Assembly: GCA_049969615.1 (NCBI GenBank)
Contig: JBMFOM010000029.1
Span: forward strand, 1-19,211
Length of the DNA stretch: 19,211 nt
Source: a candidate division WOR-3 bacterium
GTDB taxonomy: Bacteria; Hydrothermota; Hydrothermia; JBDRYB01
Reading direction: 5' to 3'
Shown: positions 16,487 through 19,211 of the stretch, one piece after another
How positions within the stretch are numbered: position 1 is the first letter of the stretch
Layout of the letters: every line of letters begins with the position of its first letter
The notes under the pieces: generated by a model
Seen by the model: only the letters and a program-made list of their open reading frames with translations
Databases searched by the model: none
What the model was told of the DNA's origin: nothing
Program-made: the position numbers and the translations under genes

Positions 16487-16603
16487 AAATATTCAGAAAT
16501 TCATTCACTACTGAGTTTGGCCTGGCACTGGGAGCAAACATGGCCGCGGGTTTGTCCAAAGTGCCAAGGCGGGAATGAATATATCATGATCGGTGCCTGC
16601 CAA

Positions 16604-17020
16604 TTATTTTCTCCTTTTCTTGCCCCTCTTGCCTCTCAGGGACAGAAACACAACCACCAGGGCCAGCGCTGATGCCGCGCCGGCGGAGAAGGCGGCGATG
16701 GCCGGGTGCTTTCGGAAAAAGAGACCGATCTTGCCGCTCAGGGGCTTTATGGCGTGACCAGCCTTCAAAGACCACATCTTTGCCAGAGCGGAAGCCTCGG
16801 ATGGGCCGAGAGCCAGAACCATCACGAATGCGGTGAAAAGCAGGATAAAAATAACAACGAATAGGGTCTGCAGGAGCTTGAGTAATCCCATCCACGAGAT
16901 CTGTTTCGTGCCCCTCTTTGCCCTCTTCCATATCCAGATTATGACCCAGCCAATCGCGGAGCTCGCTAGGCCCGCCAGAATGGAAATGGTCCAGGGGTTT
17001 GACCAGAAGCCCTTACTCAC
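16604..17020 (-). CDS. membrane protein with three TM helices and a basic tail
   Basis: GTG start overlaps the upstream stop (GTGA 17020-17017); three hydrophobic segments. Confidence 0.7.
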   Translation of the reverse strand: MSKGFWSNPWTISILAGLASSAIGWVIIWIWKRAKRGTKQISWMGLLKLLQTLFVVIFILLFTAFVMVLALGPSEASALAKMWSLKAGHAIKPLSGKIGLFFRKHPAIAAFSAGAASALALVVVFLSLRGKRGKKRRK

Positions 17021-17862
17021 TCTATCTTTGCCTCCTCCACCAGCCTTATCAGAGACTCGTCTCCGGTTGAACGGGCTACTTCCAGAGCCAACGGCTTCTG
17101 TCCCCACCTGACCAGCCAGTCTAGCGCGACAGGCAATTCCGCGCGATACTTCTCAACCAGTGCATTCCGGTCCCCTGGCTTAGAGTCCTCAAGCATTCTC
17201 GCTAGTCTCTTGCCGGATGGAGGGGAACCCTGCTTGAGCCAGGTCGCATAGGCTCCAGGGAACGGGGTCTTCACGCCCATGTAGCCAACCGGGAAATCTG
17301 CCACGAACTCCAGGTATGCCATTACCCTCGCGGAATCCGTTTCCGAGAGCAGTTTTGCCAAGGTATCCCCGTTGAGCGTTATCACATCCTGGTTATACTC
17401 CGCGAAGATGCGTGCGGATTCAATCATCTCTCTGAGCAGGGTATCTCGCCAGGCTGGGGACGCATCCAGAACATCCTCGGGCCAGAACATTGTCCTGCCC
17501 GTGTCGTCAGTGAACCAGATGTATAGCCTGCCCAGGGTCAGGATCGGGTCAGCGTTCCATCCCCTCTTGGGTAGAGATACCTTTATCTGGACCAGGTCCC
17601 CGGGGCCCGGCTTCTCCCTTCCGCCCCTGGCCTTGACCTTAGCGTAGCCCTCTCCGACCTCCTTGACGGTGCCCACAGCGATCATCTCGGTCTTCCCCCA
17701 GACCCTGTAGAACCCCACATCCGTGCCAACTGCAACGCCCCATTCCTTTCCCCTGTTTATCTCGCATATGAGGCCCTGGGTATCAACGACCTGGGCCATG
17801 ATATAGGCCTTCTCGGAAGGGGGCCGGGCCGCAAGAAATATTAATGAAATGAGGCTCTTCAT
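17017..17862 (-). CDS. hypothetical exported protein, N-terminal beta domain resembling the FlgT C-terminal domain
   Basis: INRGKEWGVAVG...VGTVKEV...AKV...GDLV pattern; short hydrophobic N-terminus. Confidence 0.7.
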   Translation of the reverse strand: MKSLISLIFLAARPPSEKAYIMAQVVDTQGLICEINRGKEWGVAVGTDVGFYRVWGKTEMIAVGTVKEVGEGYAKVKARGGREKPGPGDLVQIKVSLPKRGWNADPILTLGRLYIWFTDDTGRTMFWPEDVLDASPAWRDTLLREMIESARIFAEYNQDVITLNGDTLAKLLSETDSARVMAYLEFVADFPVGYMGVKTPFPGAYATWLKQGSPPSGKRLARMLEDSKPGDRNALVEKYRAELPVALDWLVRWGQKPLALEVARSTGDESLIRLVEEAKIE

Positions 17863-17896
17863 CCCTCGGTAAAGATCGCCACCGTTTTCAACCCGC

Positions 17897-18916
17897 TCAT
17901 TCCCCCTTACCCAGCCTCGCCTCTGCTTTTGTCCTTATCTTGATCATCTTGTCCCGCATTTCCCTATGCTTCTTCGTGTCCTCCATCTCATCCAAGAGGT
18001 TGAGCGTAAAATTAGCGTATTCAATCGCCTCGTCGTATTTTCCCGTCTGGAACTTTGCCTGTGCGCAGTAGTATGTCGCCATGAGAACATTGTTGGGCCG
18101 ATGTATCTGCTCGTTCAGGACCAGATAAACCAGCTCAGAATATGTCTCCTCGGCCTCGGCCCATTTGCCAAGAGAACGCTGACACGAACCCAATAGCCAG
18201 CGGAATGTCCTTGACTCCGGATACCTGGCGACCAGGTCCTTTGCCAGCGGATAAGCGTCCCTCATTCTGCCTTCGTTTATATAGACCCATGTAAGGGAGA
18301 ACTGCGCGAGGTCACGGGTATAATCTCCCTGTCGCCAGGCCTTCTCCAGTTCCTCAATGCCCTTTTGCTTACGGGTCTCCTTATCTTTGATGAAGGGGAG
18401 CCATGATAATGACTTGGGCAATTCGGATATCGCGTAATCATACATTCCGAGGGGATAATAGGCATCGTATATGGTGGAATCCGCCTGAAGACAGAGGGCC
18501 AGGTTATCCACCGCATCCCACGCTATTGTCACCGCGGAGGCAGGGTTGTTCCTGCCCTTTCGGAAGGCCTTGAAGCCGATTGCCGCTCCCTTGTAGAAAT
18601 ATCCCCAAGCGAGCCTGCGGTTGTCCCCGGAGGCCTTAGCTGATTTTATGATAGCGTCGGCCTTCTTTTCGCCGGTCTTCAGGAGGTCGTTGAACTCCTT
18701 CTCCCTGGTGGAGACCTCGTAGTCAGCCATGTAGAGGTCCAGTAGCGCGGCCTTCAGAATGTAGGGAATCGGCTCGTCCGGGTAATCCGCTATAATCTCG
18801 TTCATGAGGGCTTCGCCCTGGGAATAGCGCTCCCTCATCCCGTATTCCATTGCCTCCATTGTCCGGTCGTGGAGGGCCGGATCGTCAGAGCACAAAAGAG
18901 CTATTGCCAACAGCAC
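17897..18916 (-). CDS. tetratricopeptide repeat protein, probably exported
   Basis: Helical TPR-like repeats (DAYYPLGMYDY, KGIEELEKA, LVARYPES). Start moved to GTG 18916 on promoter geometry. Confidence 0.85.
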   Translation of the reverse strand: MLLAIALLCSDDPALHDRTMEAMEYGMRERYSQGEALMNEIIADYPDEPIPYILKAALLDLYMADYEVSTREKEFNDLLKTGEKKADAIIKSAKASGDNRRLAWGYFYKGAAIGFKAFRKGRNNPASAVTIAWDAVDNLALCLQADSTIYDAYYPLGMYDYAISELPKSLSWLPFIKDKETRKQKGIEELEKAWRQGDYTRDLAQFSLTWVYINEGRMRDAYPLAKDLVARYPESRTFRWLLGSCQRSLGKWAEAEETYSELVYLVLNEQIHRPNNVLMATYYCAQAKFQTGKYDEAIEYANFTLNLLDEMEDTKKHREMRDKMIKIRTKAEARLGKGE

Positions 18917-18922
18917 GAGGGA

Positions 18923-18952
18923 ATTATAAGTCCGGGCCTGGCATGGGTTCAA
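18923..18952 (-). promoter_or_regulatory. promoter TTGAAC-18-TATAAT, 6 nt before GTG 18916
   Basis: Minus-strand TTGAAC (18952-18947), TATAAT (18928-18923). Confidence 0.7.
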
Positions 18953-19211
18953 GAACAGCGAGCACTGAGCCCTCATACTTTCTCAATCCACGGATTCCCT
19001 ATCCTGCAAGGGTAAGCTCTGAAACCCTTGGGGCCGTAGTGGCCCAAGGACACGGGGATGGATAAAAATATTCCTCCGGACCAAGGAAAAGGCCGAGGGA
19101 ATCCATGAGCTCTTCAAAGAAAGAAAAACATCATGAGACCCCTGTATATCACTTTACCCGGCCTCTATAATTTCTTCCCCTAAGAAAGCACATAGAAATA
19201 TGTGGTCGGAG

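Noticed and set aside
159-19065. Antisense and alternate-frame ORFs (e.g. 159-776, 3880-4380, 15867-16247, 16584-16931)
   Set aside because: Shadows of well-supported genes with no recognisable motifs.
19021-19171. Solo A-like ends (GAAACCCTTG 19021, GAGACCCCTG 19135), hairpin 19026-19049 and TATAAT 19166-19171
   Set aside because: Only 10-bp matches in the same orientation with no element body; no start codon follows the TATAAT and the window ends.

Overview
Chromosomal window from a moderately GC-rich bacterium. The T9SS-type C-terminal sorting domain and gene style suggest a WOR-3/FCB-like lineage (inference). Recognisable genes: queH, a GT-C glycosyltransferase, an MFS transporter, a DUF4424/YARHG-like protein with a decayed tandem paralog, a Dam/DpnM-family methyltransferase plus a small PD-(D/E)xK nuclease running into dxr, a PrsW protease, TPR proteins, glnA and several secreted or membrane hypothetical proteins. 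The non-coding DNA is the most structured part. (1) Five dispersed copies of a ~187-bp MITE-like element with GARACCCCTGA ends and a third internal end; one copy is inserted in frame in a pseudogene with a 5-bp target duplication. (2) A second ~109-bp inverted-repeat element. (3) Almost every operon-leading gene has a -35/18-bp/-10 promoter only 6-7 nt before its start codon, i.e. leaderless architecture. (4) A recurring ~30-bp promoter module around TCCTGCGCAGGA, and GATC sites inside several -35 boxes, including that of the methyltransferase itself. No transposase, CRISPR array, rRNA or tRNA was seen.
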